A stretch of 64,000 nt of DNA, from contig CACMNP010000001.1 in assembly GCA_902615045.1 (NCBI GenBank), forward strand, positions 117,705-181,704, read 5' to 3'. Shown piece by piece: positions 41,375 to 52,775 of this stretch (the stretch's first letter is position 1; each line of letters begins with the position of its first letter). The notes beneath the pieces are model-generated. The model did not search any database, was not told where the DNA came from, and worked only from the letters and a program-made list of their open reading frames with translations. Origin of the DNA: an uncultured Pelagibacteraceae bacterium. GTDB taxonomy: Bacteria; Pseudomonadota; Alphaproteobacteria; Pelagibacterales; Pelagibacteraceae. A program made the translations under genes and the position numbers.

Positions 41375-42457
41375 ATGAAAATTTGTCTTATAGGCCAAAA
41401 TTTAACAAATTTAATTCTTGCTTACCTTTTTTCTGAAAAAAAACTCAATGTTGATATATATTTAAATAAAAAAATTAAAAAGGCAAAAACAAATAGAACA
41501 ATAGCTCTATCGAGTGAGAATTTTGATTATTTAAAATCTTTAACAAAATCGAATATTAAACATTGGAAAAGTAAAGAAATTAAAATTTTTACTGAAGACT
41601 CCCGATCTAAAGAAAAAATTAATTTTAATAAAAAAAATAAAGAAGTTTTTAATTTAATATCCTATTCCGAATTAAATGAAATTTTTTTAAAAAAAGTAAA
41701 AAAATCTAAATTTATAAATTTTTTTTATTCAGATACTGTTAGTCAAAACATTTTAAAAACAACTAAAATTTATGATTTAGTAGTAAACAGTGAAAACAAA
41801 AATTTTATTTCAAATAAATTTTTTACAAATAAAATAAAAAAGCATTATAAAAGTAGAGCGTACACATTTTTAATTAATCATCGACGTAAAGATAATAATA
41901 TAGCTATTCAAGTTTTTACAAAATTTGGACCTTTAGCATTTCTACCATTATCAAATACTAAAACTTCCATAGTTTTTTCTTATAAGGGGATGAAAATAGA
42001 TGATGAAAAAATAGTCGATATATTCAAAAAATATAATTCTTTCTATTCATTTACTAAAATTAGCAAAATTGAAAAATTTAGTCTGAGTTTTGAAATGCTT
42101 AGAAATTATACTCATAATAATATTCTCGCCTTTGGTGATGTAATACATCGTATACATCCCCTTGCAGGCCAAGGATTTAACATGACAATAAGAGATATTA
42201 AAATAATTTCAAAAATAGTAAATGATAGAATATCTCTAGGCCTTCCAATAGATATGTCTGTTGCTGAAGATTTTCAAAGTTCTACTAAACATCTTAATTA
42301 TCTTTATGGAAAAGCAATAGATGGCATTTATGAGTTTTTTAGATTAGATAGTAATATTAATAATTCAATTTCAAAACCAGTTTTTAAAGTTTTAAATAAT
42401 AATTCTATTTTTAAAAAATATTCTAATATTTTATCAGACAAAGGATTAAATTTATAA
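41375..42457 (+). CDS. UbiH/UbiL-like FAD-dependent monooxygenase (divergent)
   Basis: GPLAFLP, GD..H.IHPLAGQGFN..IRD; divergent from ftsK as is typical. Confidence 0.8.
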   Translation: MKICLIGQNLTNLILAYLFSEKKLNVDIYLNKKIKKAKTNRTIALSSENFDYLKSLTKSNIKHWKSKEIKIFTEDSRSKEKINFNKKNKEVFNLISYSELNEIFLKKVKKSKFINFFYSDTVSQNILKTTKIYDLVVNSENKNFISNKFFTNKIKKHYKSRAYTFLINHRRKDNNIAIQVFTKFGPLAFLPLSNTKTSIVFSYKGMKIDDEKIVDIFKKYNSFYSFTKISKIEKFSLSFEMLRNYTHNNILAFGDVIHRIHPLAGQGFNMTIRDIKIISKIVNDRISLGLPIDMSVAEDFQSSTKHLNYLYGKAIDGIYEFFRLDSNINNSISKPVFKVLNNNSIFKKYSNILSDKGLNL

Positions 42458-42458
42458 A

Positions 42459-43100
42459 TTATTGAAGAGTAGTATTTTCAAACTCGTCTTTAATATAATT
42501 ATTTAGTATTTGTTCCATTTTCTCTTTTCTTACATTTATATCAAGACTTTCTAATAATATTTGTTTTTCTTCTAATGAGAACGGTGATGCCATTGATAAA
42601 TCATTAAGAGTTTGGCTAAGATCTTTCTTTTCTAAGTCTTTCAAGTTTACAATATATCCTTGTTTTTTGAAAAATGTTTTCATGTTCTTCATAATTAAGC
42701 TTAAGTCTGAAAAGTTAACTTCGTTGCTTTTTTGCATTATATCTTTCGAAAAATAATCGTATTGAACATTGCACTCACGGTACATTTTTTCTGTATTTAC
42801 CTCTGAGTTAATTTTGTATCTACAAATCCCGTTTAATATAATAAGTATTCTACCGTCCTCTGTTTCATTAAAACTTGTGATTTTTCCAATACATCCTATT
42901 TCATATAAATCAGGTTTTTTCAAAGACCCTGTTTTTTTTGGCTGTATCATTCCAATCATCCTATGCTTTTTCATACTATCATTTACCATTTGTAAATATC
43001 TAGGCTCAAAAATGTTTAGTGGTACAGTTGTGCCAGGAAACATTATAAAATTTGATAGAGGAAAAATTGGTATAGTTTTTGGTAATTCATCAAGTTTCAT
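42459..43100 (-). CDS. LON peptidase substrate-binding domain protein
   Basis: IPIFPL, PLNIFEPRYLQMV, IGMIQP, ETEDGR, EKQILLE. Confidence 0.9.
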   Translation of the reverse strand: MKLDELPKTIPIFPLSNFIMFPGTTVPLNIFEPRYLQMVNDSMKKHRMIGMIQPKKTGSLKKPDLYEIGCIGKITSFNETEDGRILIILNGICRYKINSEVNTEKMYRECNVQYDYFSKDIMQKSNEVNFSDLSLIMKNMKTFFKKQGYIVNLKDLEKKDLSQTLNDLSMASPFSLEEKQILLESLDINVRKEKMEQILNNYIKDEFENTTLQ

Positions 43101-43178
43101 ACTATAATTATAATTATTCTTTTTAAAGTTACAACTAGACAGAAATGATTCGATAGTCGCATTTAATTATTTAATCAC

Positions 43179-43207
43179 TTGCTAAATTCCAAAAAAGCTT
43201 TTAGTTT
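43179..43207 (+). promoter_or_regulatory. Putative sigma70 promoter of tRNA-Gly
   Basis: TTGCTA-N17-TAGTTT, 16 nt upstream of the tRNA. Confidence 0.4.
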
Positions 43208-43223
43208 TGAAATATAAGAATAA

Positions 43224-43298
43224 GCGGGCATAGCTCAGTGGTAGAGCGTCTCGTTGCCAACGAGAAGGTCGTGGGTTCAAGTCCCATTGCCCGCTCCA
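43224..43298 (+). tRNA. tRNA-Gly(GCC)
   Basis: GCGGGCA/TGCCCGC acceptor stem, D arm, TCTCG-TTGCCAA-CGAGA anticodon arm, GTTCAA T-loop, encoded CCA. Confidence 0.97.
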
Positions 43299-43314
43299 TT
43301 AAAGGAATTGTATT

Positions 43315-43653
43315 ATGAGTGATCTAGCAAGTAAAAAATGTATACCATGTGAAGGAAATATCCCACCTTTCAATACAGAAGAAATTCACAAGTACTTAAA
43401 ACAAGTTGATGGATGGGAAGTTATTGAAGATAAAATTGATGGATTTCATTTAATAAAAAATTTCAAATTTGACGACTTTTTACAAAGTCAAAAATTTGTT
43501 AATAAAGTTGGTGAAATAGCTGAAGCAGAAGGACATCATCCAGATTTATGGTTTGGCTGGGGTTACGCAAGAATTAAAATATTTACGCATGCAATTAAAG
43601 GTCTTGCTGAGAGTGATTTTATATTAGCTGCTAAAATAGATAAAATAAATTGA
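43315..43653 (+). CDS. phhB: Pterin-4a-carbinolamine dehydratase
   Basis: C.PC, FKF.DF, AEAEGHHPDL, THAI.GL...DFILAAKID. Confidence 0.92.
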   Translation: MSDLASKKCIPCEGNIPPFNTEEIHKYLKQVDGWEVIEDKIDGFHLIKNFKFDDFLQSQKFVNKVGEIAEAEGHHPDLWFGWGYARIKIFTHAIKGLAESDFILAAKIDKIN

Positions 43654-45214
43654 TTAGTGATTAAAGTGTCTTGTTTTGGAAAATACTAAAATAGTATTTG
43701 TTTGGTTAGCAAATTTAATGATTTCTTTATCATTTTTTGAACCTGACGGTTGAATGACCGCTGAAATTCCTGCTTGTACCAATTTTTCTATACCATCCAC
43801 AAACGGGAAAAACGCATCAGAAGCTGCTAAGATTTCATCACTGTCGCTTATTTTCTGAAACTTTTTCATTTTATCAATAGCTATTTTGCAACTATCTAAC
43901 CTACTTGGTTGACCAGAACCTATACCTACTGTTTTGTAATCTTTTGTTATAACTATCGCATTCGATTTAACACTTCTGCATACATTAAATGCAAAGATGA
44001 GTTTGTTTAAAGTTTTATCAGTAGGTTTTAATTTTGATACAGTTTTAAAATCTTTCTTAGAAAAATATTGAGTATCTGGATTTTGAACTAAAAAAGAATT
44101 AAATTTATTTATAAAATTAAATTTAAAATTTTTTCCTACTTTACCAGAGTCAATTAGCCTTAGGTTTTTTTTTCTTTTTTAGAAGTTTAATTGATTTTTC
44201 GTCAAATCCATGTGCAACTATTACCTCAAAAAATATTTTATTAATTTCTTTAGCTAAATTTATATTTAATTTAAAGTTGCATGATACAATGCCACCATAG
44301 GCGCTAATTGGATCACTTTCTAAAGCCTCTTTAAAAGATTTGATTTTGTTTGGATTAATAGAGACTCCACAAGGATTAGCATGTTTAATTATTGCTATAC
44401 CTTTATTTTTTGGTAAAGTTTTAGATAAACTTAGAGCGGAATAAAGATCGTTATAGTTGTTGTAACTTAGTTGTTTTCCACTGATTTGAATTATTTCCTG
44501 TTTATTATTTTGTGAATATATTGCTGCTTTTTGATGAGGGTTTTCTCCGTATCTTGTTTTTTCAACTAATTTCCCAGAAATTATATTCTTAATTGGGAAA
44601 AGGTTTTCAGACTTCTGATTTAAATAATTAAAAATTTTTGACTCATAATATGCAGTTTCCATAAATGCTTCTTCAGCTAATTTTTCTCTAAAATCTAAAT
44701 TCGTTGATCCTCTATTTTTATTTAATTCAATTGCTAAATCCTCATACTGTTTCGGGTTACTAAGAACTACCACATCATTATAATTTTTTGCAGCTGATCT
44801 AACCATTGTTGGCCCTCCTATATCTATATTTTCAATTATATTTTTATGACCAGAGTTACTTAATAAAACTTCTTCAAATGGATAAAAATTTATAACAACT
44901 AAATCTATATTTTCATATTTGTTAATTTTCATTTCCTTTTGATGTTTTTTGTTTTGTCTAATATTCAAAATCCCAGAATGAATTTTTGGATGTAACGTTT
45001 TTACTCTTCCGTCCAGTAATTCTTTTGAATTTGTAAATTTTGATACTTCTACGCATTCAAAACCCATACTTTTGATTTTTTTATGTGTACCACCTGAGCT
45101 TATTATTTTAACTTCGTATTTTTTTAATAAACTTAATAATGGTCTTAAATTAGATTTATCTGATAATGAAATTAGAGCAGTCTTAATTTTTACTGAATTT
45201 TTTCGAATACCCAT
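43654..45214 (-). CDS. purH: Bifunctional AICAR transformylase/IMP cyclohydrolase, split by an apparent frameshift at the A9 run (plus-strand T 44165-44173)
   Basis: ALISLSDK, GRVKTLHP, IDIGGP, RYGENPHQ, KHANPCG; C part ASDAFFPF...RHFNH. Removing one A restores KKKNLRLI. Confidence 0.92.
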
Positions 45215-46816
45215 TTAACTTCCTGACTTATATCCTCTGTTTTGCCTGATAAACATATATTTTGGTTTTCACTAGATAAATTTTTAATACCGAAATATAA
45301 ACCTCTTTCAATATTAATAATCTCACAGTTAGCTGAAAATCTCCATCCAGAATTTTCGATTTCAATTAGTATAGTTTTGTTATCCAAAGTTTTTGTTAAT
45401 TTTGCACCTGGTTCCATATGGAACCTAACATCATATTTTTTTGACTCCAACTTATTTTTTGAAATTATTTTATCAATTCCTATTAATTTATTTTTTTCTG
45501 CAAAATATTCCAAAGATCTCTCATGTAAAATTCCAAATTTTTTTAAAAAGCCATTATGGGAGGCCTTTATTAACCAATAGTTTTTTTCATTAACAATATT
45601 TTTGTCAATAATTTTTAAACTATTTTGTACAGTTTTATAGGTTCTACTATTCCTAAATGAACAACTTGAATGATTATTTATTACAAGCGCTGAATGTGCA
45701 GCCGTAGATTTTGACATTAAATTTAATTTATTTTTATAATCCTGAAAATAACCAGAATTTGAAATAAGCTTTTTTGTCTTTGTAAATAAATTCAAATGAA
45801 AGTGCACCACTTTGATAATTATATGAAAATTTTTTTTGAGGTGAATTTCCAACATCCATGGCAAGAATACAATTTTTATTTTTTAAAATAGCATAACCTC
45901 CTACCTCATTTTTTGAATTCTCGAATTTATACTTATAATGAGATAAATATTTATTAAATTCCTCCAAATCACTTAGATGATTCCCATTAAATAATAAACT
46001 TTGTTCGAGTCTAGAGAAGGCTGCATACGATTTTCCGAGATAGAAAATTATTTCATCTAGGTATTCAGGTATATTGTTAAAAGATTCCTTTAATAATTCT
46101 CTAACTAGAACAAAATATTTCAAATAAAAATTTAGTTGCCTAATACTTCTTGTTCTTGGAAAATACTCGCTGTCAAAAGAGTTAACAATAATTTTTCTTA
46201 ATAATTCTAATCCAAAATTTAAAAATTTTTCATTTTCATATGATAATCCTGTGATTATTATTGCGGTGCAACCCAATAATTTGTCATCAACAGATTGAGA
46301 TTTACTTATTTCATTTATTAAATGATTAATTTGTTTATTTATTGAAAAGTTAAATTTCTTTTTATATCTAATGTCGCTTTCATCGTATGTTAATTTAGAG
46401 TTTGCAATCCAAGATATTATTCTCTTTGATAAAATATCGCTTTGCCATGTTAATGAATTATAATTTTGATTTTTTTCAATCCATTTAATAATTATTGATT
46501 GTGTGATATTTGGGGAAGATTTTAGATCGATACTAAACAACCAATAAAAATTATTAAGTTTAAATAGGCTATTTCCACTTAACAATTTATTTTCCCAAAT
46601 ATTATCTTTATCTAATTCCTCAATTTTAATTTTTTTTTTATCATATTTAACCAAGCAACTCAGAATGCTTAAACTTGGTCTGTAGGTAAAATTGTTTATT
46701 TCAATTTTTGAAATTTTATTATCGTAAAATTTTGATTTTAAGTATAATTTTCTTATTTTATTTTTGTATGAGTTAAAAAATTCATTTATTAAAATTAAAG
46801 AATTTTTTAGATACAT
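45190..46816 (-). CDS. Heparinase II/III-family protein, split by an apparent frameshift at the A6 run (plus-strand T 45770-45775)
   Basis: RIISWI, LFNG, GALSFEF, ISNSG, STAAHSAL, ASHNGF, VRFH. Removing one A restores DKKLISNSG. Sits between rpe and purH as is usual. Confidence 0.8.
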
Positions 46817-46817
46817 C

Positions 46818-47477
46818 TTACATTGATCTTAGAGTTTCTATATTTTTTTTAATATCGCCATTATTTTCATTGAATATTGTTGTTCCTGAAACCAGTATAT
46901 TTGCTCCTGCTGATATAACTTCCTTTGAATTAGAAAAGTTAATTCCACCATCAACTTCAATATCAAATTTCAATTTATTATCTTTTTTTATTTGATAAAG
47001 CTTTTTAATTTTTTCAATTACCTCTGGTATAAATTTTTGGCCACCAAATCCTGGATGTACACTCATAATTAAAATTAAATCAATCTCCTTTAAATGTTTT
47101 TCTATGATATTTATTTCTGTATTTGGATTTAAAGATATTCCTACTTTTTTCTTTAATTGCTTTATAAGTTGAATTGACTCAATTAAATTATTAGTTGCTT
47201 CAGGATGAATTGTAATTATATCAGATCCTGCCTCAGCAAAATTTTTAATATATTTATGAACGGGTGAGATCATCAAATGTACATCAAAGGGTAATTTTGT
47301 ATAATTTCTTAAAGTTTTTATCACCGGGGGGCCTATTGTGATATTAGGAACAAAATGCCCATCCATTACATCAACATGAATCAAATCTGCACCACCATCC
47401 TCTAGTCGTTTAATCTCTTTACCTAACTGACTAAAATCTGCTGAGAGTATTGAAGGTGAAATTTGTATATTTTTCAT
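46818..47477 (-). CDS. rpe: Ribulose-phosphate 3-epimerase
   Basis: SPSILSADF, HVDVMDGHFVPN, DVHLMI, PGFGGQ, EVDGGI. Confidence 0.98.
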   Translation of the reverse strand: MKNIQISPSILSADFSQLGKEIKRLEDGGADLIHVDVMDGHFVPNITIGPPVIKTLRNYTKLPFDVHLMISPVHKYIKNFAEAGSDIITIHPEATNNLIESIQLIKQLKKKVGISLNPNTEINIIEKHLKEIDLILIMSVHPGFGGQKFIPEVIEKIKKLYQIKKDNKLKFDIEVDGGINFSNSKEVISAGANILVSGTTIFNENNGDIKKNIETLRSM

Positions 47478-47524
47478 TAATAAACTAAAACTAGTACTAT
47501 CAATTTTTGAATATATTTGAATTA

Positions 47525-47860
47525 TTATTTACCAAATACTTTGTAAATTTCTGCAGCTATTTCACTTTCTAATGGAAACGATAACATTCCCATTACAGAA
47601 TAACCCATTAAATAAGGCATTAAATAAAATCTAAACATATAAAAAAACCATGCAACATAAAGTGGCACTAGTGGTCCTATAATGAAACTAGGAGTTATGA
47701 ATTTAAATACTTTAATTATTGGATTTGTATATTTTACAAAGACCTTCATAAAAAAAAATTCTGAGTCTTCTTTCTGGAAAATATTCATTGCAGACCTTCC
47801 AATTAAAGTCCACATAATGATACCTAAAATGTAATCTATTATTAAAATATATAAAGGCAT
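47525..47860 (-). CDS. Small membrane protein, weakly YggT-like
   Basis: Hydrophobic; pattern ...F.K.TNP.......ITP... Confidence 0.6.
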   Translation of the reverse strand: MPLYILIIDYILGIIMWTLIGRSAMNIFQKEDSEFFFMKVFVKYTNPIIKVFKFITPSFIIGPLVPLYVAWFFYMFRFYLMPYLMGYSVMGMLSFPLESEIAAEIYKVFGK

Positions 47861-47867
47861 TTATTTG

Positions 47868-47893
47868 AAAAAAGGGGGCGGTATCCGCCCCCT
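47868..47893 (-). terminator. Intrinsic terminator downstream of the solute symporter
   Basis: AGGGGGCGG-tat-CCGCCCCCT hairpin followed by U6 on the minus strand. Confidence 0.9.
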
Positions 47894-47904
47894 AAAAGTT
47901 TAAT

Positions 47905-49743
47905 TTAGTGTTGCTTACCAAGTATTGTCTTACCTGATGGAACACGAACTTCGTCTACCATTTGCTGTGTAGCTTTATCTGGTTCTTCAGTCATTAAACT
48001 TACTACAACCATTACAACTAAACATACTGACGCTCCGATTATACCGAAACGTAAATGGTCAATACCTAACCATGGTGCATTACCCATAAATTTAGGGTAA
48101 ACATAAATTAGATAAGCTGTTCCTGATGCAAGACCTGCTATCATACCTGCTATTGCGCCTTGTCTTGTTGCTCTTTTCCACCATACACCAAGTATTAATG
48201 GGAAAAACAATCCTGACATTGCAAAGTCAAATGCCCAAGCAACTGCACCAAGGATACTAGTGATCCTCATCGATGCAATGTATGCTCCTGCAGCACCAAT
48301 AACTATTAGAAGTGCTCTAGCAACTAACAATCTTTTTCTTACATCCGCCTTCGGATCAATGATTTTGTAATAGATATCATGTGATAAAGCGTTTGCGATA
48401 GCAAGAATTAGACCATCAGCAGTTGACATCGCAGCAGCCATTCCTCCTGCAGCAACTAGTCCAGAGATTACGTATGGTAATCCAGCAACTTCAGGAGTTG
48501 CTAGTACAACTACGTCACCTCTCATAAACCATTCATTTAACTGGAGAATACCATCTCCGTTAAAGTCTGCTATGAAGGCTTGTTTTACATTAATCCAAGC
48601 ATTTACCCACTCAATTTGCATAATTTCAGCAATTGGTTTTCCAATAATACCTGTTGGCAAGTTTGGATCTATTAGTGAGATCTTGGATAATGTTGCAAGC
48701 ATTGGCGCTGAAGTATAAAGCAATGCAATAAAGAATAGTGACCATGCCACTGATTTTCTTGCAGCTTTAACACTTGGAGTAGTGAAGTATCTCATTAAAA
48801 TGTGCGGTAAAGAAGCTGTTCCTACCATCATACATAGTGCTAATGAAATAAACTTCCATGCAGCCATTCCACCTTCTGGCACACCCGAGTGTGATACAGA
48901 AATAGATTTTAAACCACCTGGTACACCTGCAGCTTTAATATCTGCAGCAGCATTTTTAACTAATCCAAATTGCGATTCAAGTGCACCTAATCTAGCTACT
49001 TCCTCACCTAACATAAAGTGTGGAAAGAAACCAAATCCTGATTTGTTACTAATCCAGAATACTGGAATTAGATAAGCAATAATCAATACTATGTATTGAG
49101 CAACCTGTGTCCAAGTTACCGCTCTCATTCCGCCTAGCATTGAACAAAGTAAAATACTTACTAGTCCAACCCAAACTCCTAATTCAAATGGAATACTTAG
49201 TGCTCTTGATGCGATTGTTCCTGTTGCGTTAATTTGAGCTGTTACATAAGTGAAAGATGCCAATGTTAAAACAACTACGGCACAGAATCTTGCAAAGTTT
49301 CCGCCATATCTTGTTCCAATGAAATCTGGCACAGTATAACATCCAAATTTTCTTAAGTATGGTGCTAAAAGTGATGATACTAAAACGTATCCCCCAGTCC
49401 ATCCGACTAAGAAAGCCATATAAGTATAACCACCAAAGTAAATACCACCAGCCATTGCAACGAATGATGCACCTGACATCCAGTCAGCTGCAGTTGCCAT
49501 TCCGTTAAATACTGTTGGTACTTGTCTTCCAGCAACATAATAAGCGTCGACTTGTACAGTTCTAGATAAATACCCAATCAAGGCATATATACAAACTGTA
49601 AAGGCGACAAACAAAATACCAATTGTTTTAGCGGTCATACCTGCTTGTTCGGCTATCGCCATCAATATGATGAATACAATGAAGCCCCCAGTATATGTTC
49701 CGTAAATTTTTGGTAGGTTGTCAATAAAATTGCCTTTAAACAT
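47905..49743 (-). CDS. actP: Sodium:solute symporter, ActP/VC_2705-like (acetate/monocarboxylate)
   Basis: NGMATAADWMSGASF, GGMRAVTWTQVAQY, GTASLPHILMRYFT, AAAMSTADGL; paired with DUF4212 and near acs. Confidence 0.88.
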   Translation of the reverse strand: MFKGNFIDNLPKIYGTYTGGFIVFIILMAIAEQAGMTAKTIGILFVAFTVCIYALIGYLSRTVQVDAYYVAGRQVPTVFNGMATAADWMSGASFVAMAGGIYFGGYTYMAFLVGWTGGYVLVSSLLAPYLRKFGCYTVPDFIGTRYGGNFARFCAVVVLTLASFTYVTAQINATGTIASRALSIPFELGVWVGLVSILLCSMLGGMRAVTWTQVAQYIVLIIAYLIPVFWISNKSGFGFFPHFMLGEEVARLGALESQFGLVKNAAADIKAAGVPGGLKSISVSHSGVPEGGMAAWKFISLALCMMVGTASLPHILMRYFTTPSVKAARKSVAWSLFFIALLYTSAPMLATLSKISLIDPNLPTGIIGKPIAEIMQIEWVNAWINVKQAFIADFNGDGILQLNEWFMRGDVVVLATPEVAGLPYVISGLVAAGGMAAAMSTADGLILAIANALSHDIYYKIIDPKADVRKRLLVARALLIVIGAAGAYIASMRITSILGAVAWAFDFAMSGLFFPLILGVWWKRATRQGAIAGMIAGLASGTAYLIYVYPKFMGNAPWLGIDHLRFGIIGASVCLVVMVVVSLMTEEPDKATQQMVDEVRVPSGKTILGKQH

Positions 49744-50000
49744 TAATCATCCTCCTTTTCGGTAAAACCAAACTCTTCATCGATTTTTTCCTGTCTATTT
49801 GCAAACCAAAAAATTAGGACCACAAATGCAATGATGGAACCTTGCGCACACATGTAATACGCTAATGGATATCCCATAAAACTTGAAGTGTTTAGGTCAG
49901 AACCAAACATGAAGATCAGATAACCGAAAACAAACCAAATAATTAATGTAATAATCATTAATCCCTTGGTTTTTTCCCAGTGCTTTTCTTTGTTTGACAT
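49743..50000 (-). CDS. DUF4212 small subunit of the solute symporter
   Basis: HW, G.PLAYYM.AQGSI..FV; strong GGAGG SD; overlaps the symporter start. Confidence 0.88.
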   Translation of the reverse strand: MSNKEKHWEKTKGLMIITLIIWFVFGYLIFMFGSDLNTSSFMGYPLAYYMCAQGSIIAFVVLIFWFANRQEKIDEEFGFTEKEDD

Positions 50001-50111
50001 TATTTTAATCCTCCCTATAGGTTAAAGATATAATTCATACTCATTTAAAGTAATAATTAAAGAGTAAAAAATGGCATATATTTATAGTAAAAGTGGTAAT
50101 ATTAGTTCTAA

Positions 50112-50741
50112 ATGGGCATTAAATACAAATTAAAGCTCAAAGATTTGAAATTTGAGTATTTAAAGGAATATTTCATTCCATTCTTAAAATATTTCAAAAA
50201 AACAAAAAAAATTGAGAACTATTCCGATTTAAAAGAATTTATTCAAAAAAAATCTGCATGGGTAAGCCAAGTAACTCTCTACGGATATCTGAAAACAAGA
50301 ATGGGAGCAAAATATGTATTGATGTTTGAGGATGAGATATTTTTAGGTTCAATTAACAAAGCTAAATGGAATATTTACTCAACTGCTTTACAAGATTTAA
50401 CTTTTTATACCATCTCTTTTTTAAAAAATATCAGAAATCAACATGACATCGAAAAAGCAAATGAAATCTATTTTCAAATTTTGGATAATGAACTTCAAAA
50501 AAATGAAATGCCAAATGAAATATATGAAATTGCAAAAAAAAAATTTCTCGAGAGATATGAAAAAATTAATTGGAATGAATACCACGAGTCATTACCCTTT
50601 AATACTAGTGCTTTGTCTTTATATGAATGGTCACCTATAGCTGAAGAACTAAAATCTTTAGACAAAAAAATAGTTTTGAACTCTATGATCTTGAAATGGG
50701 ATAATGTTAAAAAGGAATTTATTGAGTTAATAAATTTTTAA
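50112..50741 (+). CDS. Conserved hypothetical protein
   Basis: 209-aa ORF with [17 protein letters not shown] motif; function not recognised. Confidence 0.7.
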   Translation: MGIKYKLKLKDLKFEYLKEYFIPFLKYFKKTKKIENYSDLKEFIQKKSAWVSQVTLYGYLKTRMGAKYVLMFEDEIFLGSINKAKWNIYSTALQDLTFYTISFLKNIRNQHDIEKANEIYFQILDNELQKNEMPNEIYEIAKKKFLERYEKINWNEYHESLPFNTSALSLYEWSPIAEELKSLDKKIVLNSMILKWDNVKKEFIELINF

Positions 50742-52761
50742 GTATTTTTTCTATTTTCAACTAAACTTTTTACTACACTTGGATCTGCCAAAGTTGTCGT
50801 ATCACCTAATTGATCATGTTCATTTGCTGCAATTTTTCGAAGAATTCTTCTCATAATTTTGCCCGATCTAGTCTTTGGAAGTCCAGGTGAAAATTGTATC
50901 AAATCTGGTGTAGCTATTGGGCCTATTTGTTTTCTAACCCAAAGCTTTAAATCTCTCTCTAAATCTAAAGTCGATTTTTCTCCCACATTTAAAGTGACAT
51001 AACAATACAAACCATTACCTTTAATATCATGAGGGTATCCAACGACAGCAGCCTCAGCAACTTTTGGATGAGCCACAAAAGCACTTTCTATCTCTGCAGT
51101 TCCTAGATTATGTCCTGATACTATTATCACATCATCTACTCTTCCTGTTATCCAGTAGTACCCATCTTTGTCTCTTCTACACCCATCTCCTGTAAAATAC
51201 TTTCCATCAAATTGAGAAAAATAAGTATCAATAAATCTTTGATGATCACCATAAACCGTCCGCATTTGACCAGGCCAAGATTGTGCAATACATAACCGGC
51301 CCTCAGCTTCTCCTTTTAAAACTTTTCCATCTTTATTTACTATTACAGGTTTTATTCCGTAAAATGGTTTTGTTGCTGAACCTGGTTTTAAATTTATAGC
51401 ACCTGTTTGAGGACTTATTAATATTCCACCCGTTTCCGTTTGCCACCAAGTATCAACAATTGGGCAGTTCGAATCTCCAACAGTTTTATAATACCATTCC
51501 CAAGCTTCTGGATTGATTGGTTCACCCACAGTTCCTAATAATTTCAGGGATTTTCTTGATGTTTTTTTAACAGGCTTATCACCTTCTCTCATTAAAGCTC
51601 TTATTGCCGTTGGAGCTGTATAAAAAATATTCACTTTATATTTATCAACGATCTGCCACCATCTTGAACTATCAGGAAAAGTTGGAATTCCTTCAAACAT
51701 TATTGTTGTTGCTCCATTTGATAATGGTCCATAAATAATATAGCTATGACCAGTTACCCAACCAATATCAGCTGTACACCAATAAATATCTTTAGGTTTG
51801 TAATTAAAAATATATTGATGAGTCATTGATGCGTAAACCATATATCCACCGGTTGTATGCATTACCCCTTTTGGTTTTCCTGTCGATCCTGAAGTATACA
51901 AAATAAATAAAGGATCTTCTGCATTCATTTCTTCAGGCTCACATTTATTTGAAACTTTTTTTGTTAACTCATGGTACCAAACATCTCTTCGTTCATCCCA
52001 ATTAATTCTATTACCTGTTCTTTTGACCACTACACATTTTTTTTTACATTTGGACAATTTACTAAAGCTTCATCAGCAATTGATTTTAAAGGTATTATTT
52101 TTCCACCTCTTACCCCTTCATCTGCAGTAATTAGATAATCAGATTCACAATCGTTTATTCTTCCAGAAATACTATCTGGAGAAAATCCTCCAAAAATTAT
52201 TGAATGCACTGCTCCTATTCTTGCACAAGCTAACATAGTATACGCAAGTTCTGGTATCATAGTTAAATATATTGTTACTCTGTCACCTTTTTTAACTCCT
52301 AATTCTTTAAGACCATTTGCGGCTTTAGAAACTTCTTTGTGTAATTCTTTATAAGAAATTTTTTTTTGAACTTTTGGATCATCACCAACCCATATAATTG
52401 CAGTTTTATCTTTATTTTTTTTTAAGTGTCTATCAATACAATTTGCTGATGCATTAAGTGTACCATCATAAAACCATTTTATCTTAACGTCTGATTTACT
52501 ATATTTGACATCTTTAATTTTTGTATATGGCTTTATCCAATTAATTCTTTTTCCTTCTTTTTTCCAAAATCCATCATTATCTTTAATTGAAGCTTTATAT
52601 TTTTTTTCGTACTGAGATTTATTTACTAGAGCTTTGCTAATCCAGTCTTTTTTAGTTTTATATATAAGCTCTTTGTCTTGTTTTGGAGCTGTAGATTTTA
52701 CTTTGGATTTCTTTTTAGATATTATTTTTTTCTTTTTTTTTTTAGCTTTTTTTTTTGGCAT
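50738..52761 (-). CDS. acs: Acetyl-CoA synthetase, split by an apparent frameshift at the A9 run (plus-strand T 52037-52045)
   Basis: [49 protein letters not shown]; the frames join at NVKK(K)CVVVKR. Confidence 0.93.
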
Positions 52762-52775
52762 GTGTTATAAATTTT

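Noticed and set aside
43224-43653. tRNA-Gly as prophage or island integration site
   Set aside because: No integrase and no duplicated tRNA 3' end seen; only phhB lies before purH
20347-52761. True pseudogenes for hemE, dctP, purH, heparinase-like gene and acs
   Set aside because: Each has a single homopolymer-length lesion with otherwise intact motifs; a sequencing artefact is more parsimonious
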